Of a DNA stretch of 64,000 nucleotides, positions 40,587-52,200 are shown piece by piece. How positions within the stretch are numbered: position 1 is the first letter of the stretch; the number at the start of each line of letters is the position of its first letter. The notes under the pieces were generated by a model that was not told the origin of the DNA, ran no database searches, and saw only the letters and a list, made by a program, of their open reading frames with translations. The DNA is from Patellaria atrata CBS 101060 (taxonomy: Eukaryota). Location of the stretch: contig MU006091.1 of the NCBI GenBank assembly GCA_010093705.1, positions 372,001 through 436,000 of the forward strand, given 5' to 3'. The position numbers and the translations under genes are program-made.

Positions 40587-41064
40587 CTCTATGGCCCAAA
40601 AGAATGTTCACCTGGAGATAGTTGTTCAGCTGATTACCCCCCTCTTCCTTTGAATAATCACGCTCGGCGGAACATCGGTAGTTGGAATAAAATGCTGTCA
40701 TTGGTACTTATTGGTAGGAAGATCTTTGAGATATATGTTAGAAATTGGCGAAAGAGTCCAAATACTACTCTCAAGCTATATGGGTTTATACAAGTAATGA
40801 GTTCAACAATTATGAACGCTCCTTCTGTCTAGGACGGTACGCCGAAATTCGCCCTACGGGGAGGAGGATGAGGAGCGGTAAAGCGTACTTGTCCATGAAG
40901 CGTGAAACGGAAGGGATCTAAAATTCCAAGGACTCCAAGCACCAGGCTCCTTGAATTTGCAGTACAGCATTATCCATTGACGCCGAAAGAACCCGCCACA
41001 CCGCACATATCATAATACTCATCGTGGGTTCTAATTCGCCAGCCTATCTCCCTCATCCTCTCTA

Positions 41065-41680
41065 CTATATCCCCATCCCCCCAAACGCCCTATCCAGCTC
41101 CTCTCCCTCCCTATCCCCACCTCCTTCTTTCTCTTGGCCCTCGTCTTGCCCATCTACCTCCATATCCATAACATTCTCCGCCCTCTTTTCCACCTTCCTC
41201 TCCGGCTCAAGCACCCCCGACGCCCCCGTATCCAACCAACCCGGTGCAACCCTCCTCTTCTCCGCTAAATCTCGCTCTCTAATCCTCTCCTCCCACTTCC
41301 TGACCGTCTGCTCAGCCTCCTGCTGCATCTGCTTCAGATGGTTCTGCAGCTTCTGGCAGCTCGCGATTATGTCGTCGGGGTGGGCGGCGTGCTCACCAGA
41401 GGGGCTGAGAACGAAGGCGGGTTTGGTCGCATCGCGGTCGGAGGAACCTAGGTTCGCGCCGGAGGAAGTTGAAACTTGGGAGGCGACATTGGAAGTAGAG
41501 CAGGGTGGGAGCGTGGATGGTAGAGTCTTGTAGCTGTATGGGAGTGGGGTTGCGGTTGGCAGGGAGAGAAACGGCGAGACGGTTAGAGGGACTTGCGCGA
41601 GGAGCGGATGAGGGTCTGAGGATCGAGTTAGTCTAATAGTTCACGGAAATATTCTCGGGGACCGTACATTCTTCATGCAT
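41065..41680 (-). CDS. Fungal hypothetical protein (~187 aa) with a C-terminal coiled coil
   Basis: MHEE-Y across a gtacgg..ctaac..ctcag intron ending at 41616, then PHPLLAQVPLTVSPF...ERDLAEKRRVAPGWLD...GEELDRAFGGMGI*. Confidence 0.8.
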
Positions 41681-42325
41681 GATCAGCAGGACGCATACTT
41701 TCATGTGGTAGTTAATGTGTAGCAGGTAAAGTTTAGGGATCGCAAACTCCTCGTTATAGATTCTGAGCAGGGTCACGTGCAACATTTCACTTGATTAATC
41801 ATAAAGGACTATTTCCGCCTGACTTTAGTCGTGAATTCGTATACTAAACTGCGTTATTAGAGTGAACATCTACATGTTTTTCGCAAACATTGCCAGATCG
41901 TATTTCTCGCCTTCCAGCATGGGAAAGATCGATATCGAAAGAGAAGAGAGGTTCAACGCTTTGCTAAAAATGGAGTTTCGTTGGTCTCGATATTAGATCA
42001 TAAGGAACCTCCTATTTTGTTGTTTTGCTGCAATTCCTCGTCGCTGTATGCTTTGAAGCACATAGGAAAGTAAAGAAGACACATCAGGTAAACAAAAGGT
42101 CGTGAACGAAAAAAGGGGATAATCATCAAGAAAGGAAACGACACATTCATAAAAGGCGTATAATTTAGCGCTATGCTCGGTTGGTACCAGATCAAAGGTG
42201 AGGTGAACCATATCACCGAGGAAAATCGTAGGAAGAATACGCAGACGTATGTAGGTAGAAAGGTAGTCATCTAAATTTTCGGAGCCATTGACTGAAATGT
42301 TCAAACCAAAATGGCCAATATTTGG

Positions 42326-43254
42326 TTAATAGAACATAGGGCCATATACACCCCCTTCAAGCTCCCTCAGATCATGGATAGTTGTGGACCCGTACGGCCA
42401 TACATCGACGACTATGCCACGTTTATCGATGCCTACACATAATAATAATAATCAGATACAATACCGTAAAACTTAGGTACAAATGGACAGGACTTACGAC
42501 CGTGTGGTCCATTAGTTGGAAGTCGCCACCTCGATCCTTGAAAGCTCGCTTCAAACAATGTGGACATTTGCGCCGCTGGGAATGAAAACGCTACCAAGGA
42601 AAGAACAAGGGGAAGATCACCATTGAAAGCACCGTAACGTCGATCTGTAGTCCAGTTGGGAGGTTCAGCATGGTATGTTTCAGGAAGCAACATTTTGGCC
42701 CATGACTGATCCTCTCTTTGAGCGTAGAGTCGAGGGTATGCACCTGCCATACGCGCATAAGAGGAACAGAAATTGGAGTTCCAATCAAAATGGAGATTTT
42801 GCCAACATTCATATTCCCCGTCCTCCTCTTCCTCTGTATCCCCATGTTCTGCGTCTCGATCATCAGTTTCCCCTTCTCGGAGACCATCACCAACTTTCTT
42901 ATTAATGGCATTATGATTAATTGTATAGAAGTTCCCCGCGTTATAATAGGTCGAATATGTTTTGAAAGGGACGTTAGATTGTAACCACGGAGGAGGTTCC
43001 GAGATGTGTCTAATTTTCTGACCATCACAAGAGAATACATAGCCGTGAGGGTTTCTTGGGTTGATAACATTATCGCCTCGTGCTTTTGGAGGGAGCCATT
43101 GACCATGATAATGATTAGGAATTATCCCATCCCTCTCGCATATCTCCCTGATGCGGAATATATATTTGATCTAAGTAGTTAGTGAATCGGAGAGCGCGAG
43201 GTAGTCAGCTCGACTTGCTTTTGAATCGTTCCCTCCTCCCGTATTCTGCGACAT
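42326..43254 (-). CDS. Hypothetical fungal protein (~270 aa) with a GC-AG first intron
   Basis: Exon 1 MSQNTGGGNDSK (43219-43254); intron 43171-43218 gcaagt..ctaac..tag; an open exon 2, IKYIFRIRE...YGAFNGDLPLVLSLVAFS...PHG; a GT-AG intron; exon 3 ending LRELEGGVYGPMFY* at 42326. Confidence 0.75.
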
Positions 43255-46200
43255 GACTGGTCGCTCTCAAGGCCGTATTGGGAAACCTGCAGCGATATAA
43301 AAGTTAAGATATCCACAGTCTGTCCCTGTTGTAATATCATGAATCATGCCGTTGATCATGGTCACAGTGAGGATTTATGCTTGGGGCCAAAATGAGGCTC
43401 AAACCTCATACGTGCTCATCTCTCATCCCTTAATCCATTGCGATATGCAGGGAGGTCAGCAGATCGATTACACGGGATTGCATACTTAGGATAGCTTTCC
43501 AGCCCGTGGGGTTGTGCACGATAAACCCAGGGATGCTGATGGGCCAGCTTCAGAAATTATATGAAAGATAGCGGGAAAGGGAGGACTGGGCAGCAAGCGG
43601 TTTTGAACAATCATCACCACTACCCCGCCTCCACCGCATGGGAGTGCTTCGTACTCTCTTCATCCATCAATGAAAGGAGACGGAGAGTGCCAGTGGCTTC
43701 ACTATACCCACGTCGTTCGAGAGCCGGCGGGTACCGTCGGCCAGGCATGCCCATATCCTAGGTGATTCACTGCATGAGGTGTTTCGAAAACCATGGAGAT
43801 GTAGATGAACAAACCCCCAATACCGTAGGGAAAGCTCTTGCAGCTCGGTAGTTCGGCATCAGCACTAAAGACTCTGGTATCGAGGAAGGTAGATCATGAT
43901 CCGCAAAGATATTCGCAGAATCTCCGCAACGTTGAGACTATCAGGAATGAAATCCTATCATTGAGACGGGGTGGTACAAAAACTCAGTTGCGGTCATCGG
44001 GGAGTTAATGGCCTAATAGGTCGCTCTACAGGGTTGTGCGGCAAGGAGGTCATAGCACGTGTGCAACCCATCAAGTAGTCAAGTGGCAAACATTCTGAAC
44101 ATCGAGTAAAGCTAGAGACGTTGTAGAGCAACAAGGACATCGCTCATGATGTTGATCGTAGATCAAGTCTGATGTGGATGTGCAGTCCTAAGGCGGTGAA
44201 AACACGTGCGGATGAGTACTGTTGAGCCGCATCTAGCTGAGTTAGAGCCTCTTCGGGTATATAAGAGCGAAAGATGACCGATCATGTCTGTTGGAGAACT
44301 TATCGGAAAAGAGACTGCTGCTTACGTAGCTGATCCTGACTGGATTGGATGTGAGCCGCCCGCCCCCCGGCGTTTTGGTTACCCGCCCACCGGATGCCAG
44401 CGAATTGGAAAGTACAGGGAACGACAGCAGCGCGAACGGAACCTCATGAATCACTTTTTCTTCGGAAGTTTTCTTGTCTCTCATCGAAGAGATGGTTGTT
44501 GAATATATACTGAGAAGTCCGCTTGTGCCCTTTCAGTCTTGCCCACTCGCGTGTTCGCAACAACCAGCTGACCATCTCTTAGACCAGTCAGACTGCAAGA
44601 AAGATTAGTCTTCATACAAACGGGGCGTAAGAGACGGGGCCATAGGTCGCATGCACCAGGTCACTTCTGACGTTTGCCTTCTTTTCGCGCTCAATACCAA
44701 CCCTAGCGACCTTGCAGACCCCTCTCAAGGGACATGGTTCGACCATTCACCCGATGGGGAGTACACCTGCGAAACGATAAGCATTTAATATGGCATCCTC
44801 ATGTTCGGTATCTAACTTTACGCCAAGCTCTCATTGGATGATACCATGTCGATGATGAAAGGATTGAGAAGTCTTCCTGGAATGCTGGTGTCAGCAGTGA
44901 AGATTTGCCCCAACCTGACCAATACGAGACTTACCGAAATATAGTTGCAAATATACAGGACAACTATTACCTAATCACATAAGAGCTCTTAGACTCAGTA
45001 CGAGACGTAGCGACAAGTATAGGATATATCTCGATATATAAAATACACACCGGTGGGTAAGGGAGACTTGGAGTTTATCAAAGCAATTGAAAAGGATACT
45101 TTCGTTTCTCCTGATGAAACAGACTGTTATCTGGACATAAATAGGAGAAGGACTATATATAGGCCGTCTGTGCCGTGGACTACTCGGCGAAAATGGATCG
45201 GACCGATCTAACGGAAGCTAATGTCGAACTTGTAAGCGGGCCGTCCCGTCCACGTGTGATTTATACCCTTGGTCCCTAGATACATCCTAGGGACCTTACC
45301 TAATATAACAGCATCATACGGGTCTTGAGTTAATTCACACCGACCGCTAGTTCTCACTTGATATTGAGTGACCGACCAGTGATCATCATGCGGTTTCTTG
45401 TTTATCTGAGAAATAGAAAATGGGAATATTGAGCCGGATACTACTAAGAGACTTTTGGGAGCGACCTAGGATAAGAGAGAAAATAATAACTTGTGGAAAA
45501 GAACTCGATCCTTTAAAAAGTCGTGGTAAGAGCTCCCGAACAGCGTTGATTGAGTTTGAAAGTGATAACAGTTTTGGAAGGTCATATTCGGAGAGCATAT
45601 TGCCTTAGAGAGCACCTATATAAATACCAGGGGATCAAGAACACTGCGAACGGCAGATGTACTTTAGGGACAATAGATGCTCAAGAACCAAAAGAGATAA
45701 CTTTACGAAATAGAGACGATGGAGACTACCATGGGTAGAATTGATGACTAGGTTCTAAGAAAGTTTCCATTCCAAATGATGGTCTAAGCGTTGTGAGAGA
45801 CGCTTCCCGCACATCCATTTCTCTTACATTTCTATACTCCTCCAAAATTTCTGGACCACATTGTGGCCGCGAAACATGAATGTCTACGCGCCTAAGGCTT
45901 TATGCTAACAGTACTACTCGGTTTAGACATTGGGTTTCCATCTCTTTCCAATTGGTCTTTCTTTCTGCTCGTCTACTATGTGTTTTCTGTCCTCAAGTTT
46001 TTGAATTGTCTTAGGGGTTGCGGACATCATAACCCCCAATAAGACCAGAGCCATGGAGGTCAGTCTGATATCTTGAGAAAGACTTATTTAGAATCAGTCC
46101 ATATATGAGTTCGTATCGGGTTGTAGAAGGTCTTTCTGTAATGGGATTGTAGTGTGCGGACGACATTTAGGAGCTCGAGGAATGGGAATGCGACTCGAGG

Positions 46201-46527
46201 TATATCGCCCCGGTTTTATCTATTGTCTATTAGCTCTTAGAGATTCTAAAAACGGTTGCTCAAAGACTGCAACACCTGAATTAGGATTTTATCAGAATAG
46301 AGGATATTCAAATTGGGAGTTACTTTGATTGGTGTGGGAAGCACCTTAGGCAACGAGAGAGGTCGGCGATTTCCGGCCCGGCAATGTTGCACATGAAAAA
46401 TCACATTGTCCTCTAAACAATATTCAACTCCAACAATTAACTACTAAACACTTGAAAATTCGTATTTTCGAAAATTTCCCTTGTAGGTTGGTTGCGATAC
46501 AGTATTTCAAAGTAATAGCAACCCGAA

Positions 46528-47886
46528 ATGGCTACTGAAAAACCAGTTCATACCATCGTTTTGGACGCCGGCCCCATTATCAAAGGCGAGCCAGCAGTAT
46601 CAAGTCTACTTGCAAAAAGCGACTGTCTAGTAACGACACCAGCAGTCATTTCAGAGATCAAAGATCCGGTCACTAGGTCGAGGCTAGAAACCATACTAGT
46701 ACCATTCCTGACTTTGCGAAGGCCAAAACCACAAAGTATCAAACATGTATCGGATTTCGCAAGAAGGACAGGAGACCTAGTAGTCCTCAGTAAGGCTGAT
46801 ATTGAGATCATAGCACTTGCATATGATATAGAATGTGAACGGAATGGAGGGGATTGGAGGCTTAGGGATATACCCGGACAGAAGAGAACTAATGGAGCTC
46901 TTCCTGCGAAATTGTCTGCTGGCGCTCCTGCAACGGAACAAGATGCAGGAGATGAAACTAAAATGCAGTGCAGCTCACCAGAGCAAGAAAATGTACAGAG
47001 AAACGTAGATGAGGTAGAGAAAGAGTTATCAAAAGTTCATTTATCGACGGAATCCAGCGCAGCCGCATCCCAGGAGGAGTCCTCTATAGAATCCCTTGGA
47101 GAATCACATTCAAATCAAGAACCTTCTGTAGAACCACTGGAAGAGTCTCCCTTAAGTCAAGTAGAAAATTCCATAGAGGCTCCAAAAGAGACATCGTCAA
47201 GTCAAGAAGATACGCACCCGTCCGAATCCGACTCCGACTCCGAAGGCTGGATAACCCCCTCAAACCTCAAGAAGCACCTCGAAAAATATTCTAACCCTTC
47301 CTTTGAATCCTCCTCCTCGCAGGATAAACACATGCAAGTCGCTACCCTGACCACCGACTTCGCCATGCAAAACGTTCTTCTCCAAATGAACCTCAATCTG
47401 CTCTCCTCCTCCTTCAGCCGGGTCAGGCACCTCAAGACCTTCGTCTTACGATGCCACGCCTGTTTCTCTACTACCAAAGAAATGAACAAGCAATTCTGTC
47501 CGCGGTGTGGCAAGCCCACCTTGACCCGTGTTGCCTGCAGCACGGACCAGAATGGCGAATTTAAGCTACATCTGAAGAAGAATATGCAGTGGAATAACCG
47601 GGGGAATGTGTATAGTATTCCAAAACCGGTGTCTGGACATGCGAGCGGGAAGGTCAATGTGGGAGGTGGTGGAAAAGGGGGTGGGAAGGGAGGTTGGGGA
47701 CAGGGGCTTATTTTGGCGGAGGATCAGAAGGAGTATGTGAACGCTGTGAGTGAGCAGAAAAGAACGAAAACAAGGAATCTTATGGATGAGGACTATTTAC
47801 CTGCTATCTTGAGTGGGGAGAGGAGTAGGGCAGGAGGGAGGCTGAAGGTTGGGGCCGGGAGAAACGTTAACTCGAGAAAACGATGA
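46528..47886 (+). CDS. NOB1: 20S pre-rRNA D-site endonuclease NOB1
   Basis: PIN domain IVLDAGPII...EIKD...TGDLVVLSKADIEIIAL; EGWITPSN; TTDFAMQNVLLQM; zinc ribbon LRCHACF...FCPRCG; RGNVYSIPKP; LAEDQKEY. Confidence 0.96.
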   Translation: MATEKPVHTIVLDAGPIIKGEPAVSSLLAKSDCLVTTPAVISEIKDPVTRSRLETILVPFLTLRRPKPQSIKHVSDFARRTGDLVVLSKADIEIIALAYDIECERNGGDWRLRDIPGQKRTNGALPAKLSAGAPATEQDAGDETKMQCSSPEQENVQRNVDEVEKELSKVHLSTESSAAASQEESSIESLGESHSNQEPSVEPLEESPLSQVENSIEAPKETSSSQEDTHPSESDSDSEGWITPSNLKKHLEKYSNPSFESSSSQDKHMQVATLTTDFAMQNVLLQMNLNLLSSSFSRVRHLKTFVLRCHACFSTTKEMNKQFCPRCGKPTLTRVACSTDQNGEFKLHLKKNMQWNNRGNVYSIPKPVSGHASGKVNVGGGGKGGGKGGWGQGLILAEDQKEYVNAVSEQKRTKTRNLMDEDYLPAILSGERSRAGGRLKVGAGRNVNSRKR

Positions 47887-48203
47887 TGGAACCAACGGTA
47901 TGAGCGAACGATCGGTATATCAAGGTTTGATATGGGATTCGGCATTTCTAAAATCAAAAGGGGATATAGACTTTGCCACATAACGGCTATGAACAAGCTT
48001 CATAATTCATTTACGTAGTATGCTACGGGAATGCTTCGCAGCGATGCCTCCCAGCCAAACATCCTCCATAACACGTCGTATAACGCCATTCGCCGTTGCC
48101 ATGTCGCCGAAACCGCTCGGAAGAAGAATTCTGAAAGCTGGATCCTAGGAGCCTAAAAGAAGAATTCTAAAAGAAGATCCTAGGAAGGGAATCATATGCA
48201 TAT

Positions 48204-48818
48204 TTACTTTTTCGACTTCTTGTCTTTCTTCTCTTTGTTGGACTCCTTGTCTTTCCTAGACTTCTTAGACTTCTTTTCTTCCTTGTCCTCCTTCACCTCT
48301 TCTTTATCATTCTCTGTGACATCTTTCGAGACTTGCTTCTTGGAAGTTTCATCTCCGCGGTCCTTCGCAGCCTTCTTATCGAAAATTTCTTTGTTCTTCT
48401 GCGCGGCCAGCAGCTTCTTGTTTGCGTCCCTACGCGCGATCGATGCTGCTATATTTTCTTGGACCCTCTTCCTGTCCTCTGTTCACACAATTAGCACGAT
48501 TCACATCATATAAATACTAAAGCCACTCATCCCCACCAATCCCACACCGGAAAGGACCTCACTCACCCTCGGTCTGGTAAGGAAGCATGCCGAAGCGACG
48601 CTTCAATATGACGCGCTCACTATCCAAAGAGTTCAATTAGCTCGTCATTCCTTCACAGAAGACACCACACCAATTCTTAGCTCGAGATCTTACCGTGAAT
48701 GCGTGTCATCCGGACTATATCTCGCCGGATGCGCCGAGACCGTTACCTCTCCGTTCACGACCTTCTTGACAGTATACCTGCGACGGCCGTTGGCATCGAG
48801 CGTGAACATGAGATGCAT
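48204..48818 (-). CDS. NOP10: H/ACA snoRNP subunit Nop10 with an atypical Lys/Glu/Asp-rich C-terminal extension exon
   Basis: [59 protein letters not shown] matches the Nop10 signature SAHPARFSPDD. Exons 48694-48818, 48567-48619 and 48204-48478. Confidence 0.88.
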
Positions 48819-49373
48819 GTTGGCGAGCTTTGCGCTGCGTTAGCGCGAAGAACTTCCGCGTGTTCTGTATTCAGGTTGCGAGTTAAGGTTGAGCTGCAGG
48901 TTTGCGTTTCGAGATGCGGCGATGAGGAGGAAGCTTCAAGAAGGTGAGCTTCGAAATTTTGAAATTACTCGGATCAATGTTGTTGCGGGGCTGGGCGAAA
49001 TCTTGGCTGAGATATTGCTTGGCCGGGTTCTGATTGGTCGCTATCATGTTGTCGATGTGATCCCGTATTCGCGTTGAAGATATAAAGAGAAGGTTACAAG
49101 TCAAAGTGAGCATGAGTGGATAATTATGACTGAGAAGCCTTTATTCTATTCGTAACTATCATGTTGGAAATATCCATATTGATACAGTTAAAAACCGAGC
49201 CAAAATCCACTTCACAAATAAGACCCATATCGCATAGGTAAATATGCACTTCTTGTATGCTATCCTATCCGTACCATAGCATTCGCGAAGTGTTACGTGA
49301 ACGCCTTCCGCCTAATCTTGGTATTCACGCCTGGGGTTACCAAAAGAATCAAGGTTATCCGTAAAGCCGTTCT

Positions 49374-49918
49374 CTAAAGCAAGCCCTTCCTTGCTAGTTC
49401 AATCTTCCTTCCTGCCTCTCCAACCTTATAGCCACCCTTGCTAACACAGACAGCAATACCCTCACCCAGCTCAACTTTATCTTCGACGTCTGGGAAGGCG
49501 CAAGGGCAATGATGTGGGAAATGTACGCAGGAGAGAGTGCCGGGGCAGAGGTAGTTGGAGCAGTGGGCTAAAATACAACAACGTTAGCAATTCCTAGAAA
49601 ACTATAATAATTTGAAACTGTGGAAAGAGTTGGAGAAGAGGGAATGTGTCCGCGAGAGTCGCCGACGAACACAACTCTCCTTCCGTGTGTAATCCCTTGG
49701 GAGCCTTCCGCTTGCCGGGAGTGCGAGTAGATAAGATATAATAATAACGCACCTCCATCATACTGTGAGCGATACCACTCACTATCGCTCCTCACATTCT
49801 GCGGCTCCTGATGTTGATGATGTCCACCACCGAACATCTGCTCGAAAAACTGGAACTGGGCGAACGCAGGCGTCGCGCTGAGGATAAGGACAAGAATCTC
49901 GACGAAGCTGAGACCCAT
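49374..49918 (-). CDS. LCL2: Long chronological lifespan protein 2 (secretory pathway)
   Basis: Signal peptide, then [12 protein letters not shown]...[10 protein letters not shown]; intron 49568-49752; [22 protein letters not shown]...EDKVELG...CVSKGG...[10 protein letters not shown]. Confidence 0.92.
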
Positions 49919-50339
49919 TTTGTACTTTGTCTGCCTGATCGGTTGAGTTGACTTGGGCTGTCGTCGAAAAGGAATGTTTCGCAAAGGGTGGGAAAGAAGA
50001 AACGCGCGTAGTGACTAGTATGAACGTTTGAGGTGTGTTATTGAGTTTATGGTTGGAAAAGGCCGAAGTAAGGGAGTGTCCATTCAAGTGGTGTGTAAAT
50101 CTCAAAGGAGTGTAGGCAGTGTGAAAGTCAAGAGGAAGTCATGGGGAAAGGCTGAAATGATCGTGACTTTTACAAGTAGGGCTGTGCCAGATGGTCTTTT
50201 TCGGGTCATCGGGATCGGCGCTAAATCCAGGGGGCGTCGGCGCCGAGATTCCGAGAGCAGCGGGATTCTAGCGGCACATTGGCTCCCTGTGCTCCTGTGC
50301 CTCAACCTGACTCTACTCCGTACCGTCCACTTCCTCATA

Positions 50340-51900
50340 TTCTATGGTAATAGTACAGAAGTACCGGTTACTTCTGGTAGCATTTCAGATTCTAAAGTTT
50401 CTGTACTTTCCAGTTTGGCGACCTCTTGGTTCTCACTAGTGCGGAAAGTTCGTCGACTCGAGCAGTACATACCGTATTATCTTCTCGCAAAAGAAAATAT
50501 TTGGCGGATAATCACGAGCGATTGCTCTCCTATTTATCTCCGAGAAACAGAAGGTCAGATAGGTTGTTTATACATCTATTTGAATCTTTATTGGTATACT
50601 TCTACTTGGCTGAAAAGAGTCTTCTAATTTTGCTCATAGAAATCCTTTGAACCAGCACTGTAAGCACACACTTCTACAGTGAGAAGGATAAGGTTCCCGA
50701 TCAAAGACAGACCCTTACCAATTAAAAGGTGTGAGGCCCATAGACACAGACAACTAGTACCTCGAGAGTACCTCCCCACAGCTGGTCATGTTCAGACTCT
50801 GTACACCCAATGGACGGAAGATAAAGTAGGTGGAGGTTGTGCTTGGCCTGCAAATTGACGGCGATAAAAGGCACTTAGCGAAAAATGGACAACACAGACG
50901 AGATAAGACGTTCCGGACAACGGTAGTGGAGAGCGACAATATACCAGTCCGCTAACGTGATAGTCAAGATACATAAAAACCGAATCCTGCGACTAGGGCC
51001 GGAAAGTAGCGGCTACTCTCCCAGACAGTAGAAAGGTAGCATGGAGACTTTGTTAATAATGAGTGGTATTAATAAGAAAAAGATAATTCTCACCCGCGAT
51101 TGAATTGATGACAACATGCTACGGTGGAAGATGAAGGGAAAGAGATCAGGGGGTGTGCTGCTGACTGGGTTGAGAGGGGAAAGAAGACGGTTTCTCGCCA
51201 CTTCCCTGAATGATAGAAAAGACACCAGGGCAACACTATTCCCCGCATATGTCGAGCGACGAAACTAGCAGTGCCGACTGGTAACTTACCGTAGACTGCG
51301 TAGTAGCTAGTGGAGCTGCTAAAGAAAAAGCGGGGGCTTTCAACCAGCAAGTTGGACGGTACTTATCAATCATTCCAACTTGGGGGCAAAGTCTCAGAAA
51401 ATAACACAATCATGAACAAAGAGGGAAAGGGGAGCTGATAAGAAAAAGGCGGTTAGATGCCCCCCCTTGATGCACACAGAACATCTAGGAAGGTGATTAA
51501 TAAAGATAGTTGGTTGAGTAATGCATAGGTTGAGTGGATACCTTTGTCTCGAGTCATTATAGACACCTGGGTCTATAGATGACATATTGTACAATAATAG
51601 GGTCTCCTGCATAAAACTCAAACTTTTTCCTGGTAGGATACAGGAGTTCTCGTACGGGGAAAATCTTGATTTGCTTTCTGGATGTACGTGCAATCCGTCC
51701 AAATACAAGAATGTGCCACCTTCTTCAATACGCCCGCTCTACATATTGGAAACGTAGAAGTGGATAACAACAGAGGTCTCGGTCATTGCTAGGGTGAACG
51801 GGAAACAAGCGTGCAGTAGTTAGAATACGCCGTTTTCAGGGTAAGTAGAAGGTGTGTATTACCGACTTCTAATTCACGGCTTGAAAAGATAGAAAAGCTC
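50340..51900. ncRNA. Candidate long structured non-coding RNA; identity and strand unresolved
   Basis: No credible ORF. At least ten 7-12 bp inverted repeats, including nested multibranch arrangements (see findings). Confidence 0.4.
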
Positions 51901-52200
51901 CGCTCCTGTACTGCAATGATGCACTTAATGTGAAACGCAATTTGAATTTGAATTTGACTTCTTGACTATAGCTGATGCACATATTAGCTAACCTTGTTAT
52001 GAGGAATATGCATTAAACAAAACAGACCTTTTGAATGCAAAGCCCATTTCCTCCACCAGTACTTGTCCCTTTGATACCGTCCCCGGCCTCCGATTTTGAG
52101 GCGTAAGAGTGCCATGTATCCCGGAATTTCTCACATTTGGGAATTTCTATATACTCAGTTCCGGGCATATCTGATCCCGATAAGCAATATGATGTCTGGC

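Noticed and set aside
48121..48190. Short direct repeats (AAGAAGAATTCT x2, GATCCTAGGA x2)
   Set aside because: Only two copies, in the convergent NOB1/NOP10 3' region, consistent with local slippage. Not a CRISPR array or element end.
50028..50627. 199-aa plus-strand ORF upstream of LCL2
   Set aside because: Non-ATG start and no protein-like features; it overlaps the promoter and the hairpin-rich region.
51835..51848. U1 snRNA-like ACTTACC on the minus strand
   Set aside because: No U1 stem-loops or Sm site follow; it is simply the complement of a splice-donor consensus.
52001..52009. snR30/U17 m1-like AUAUUCCUC on the minus strand
   Set aside because: The match is imperfect, and no m2 (AAACCAU) or ACA-terminated hairpin follows.
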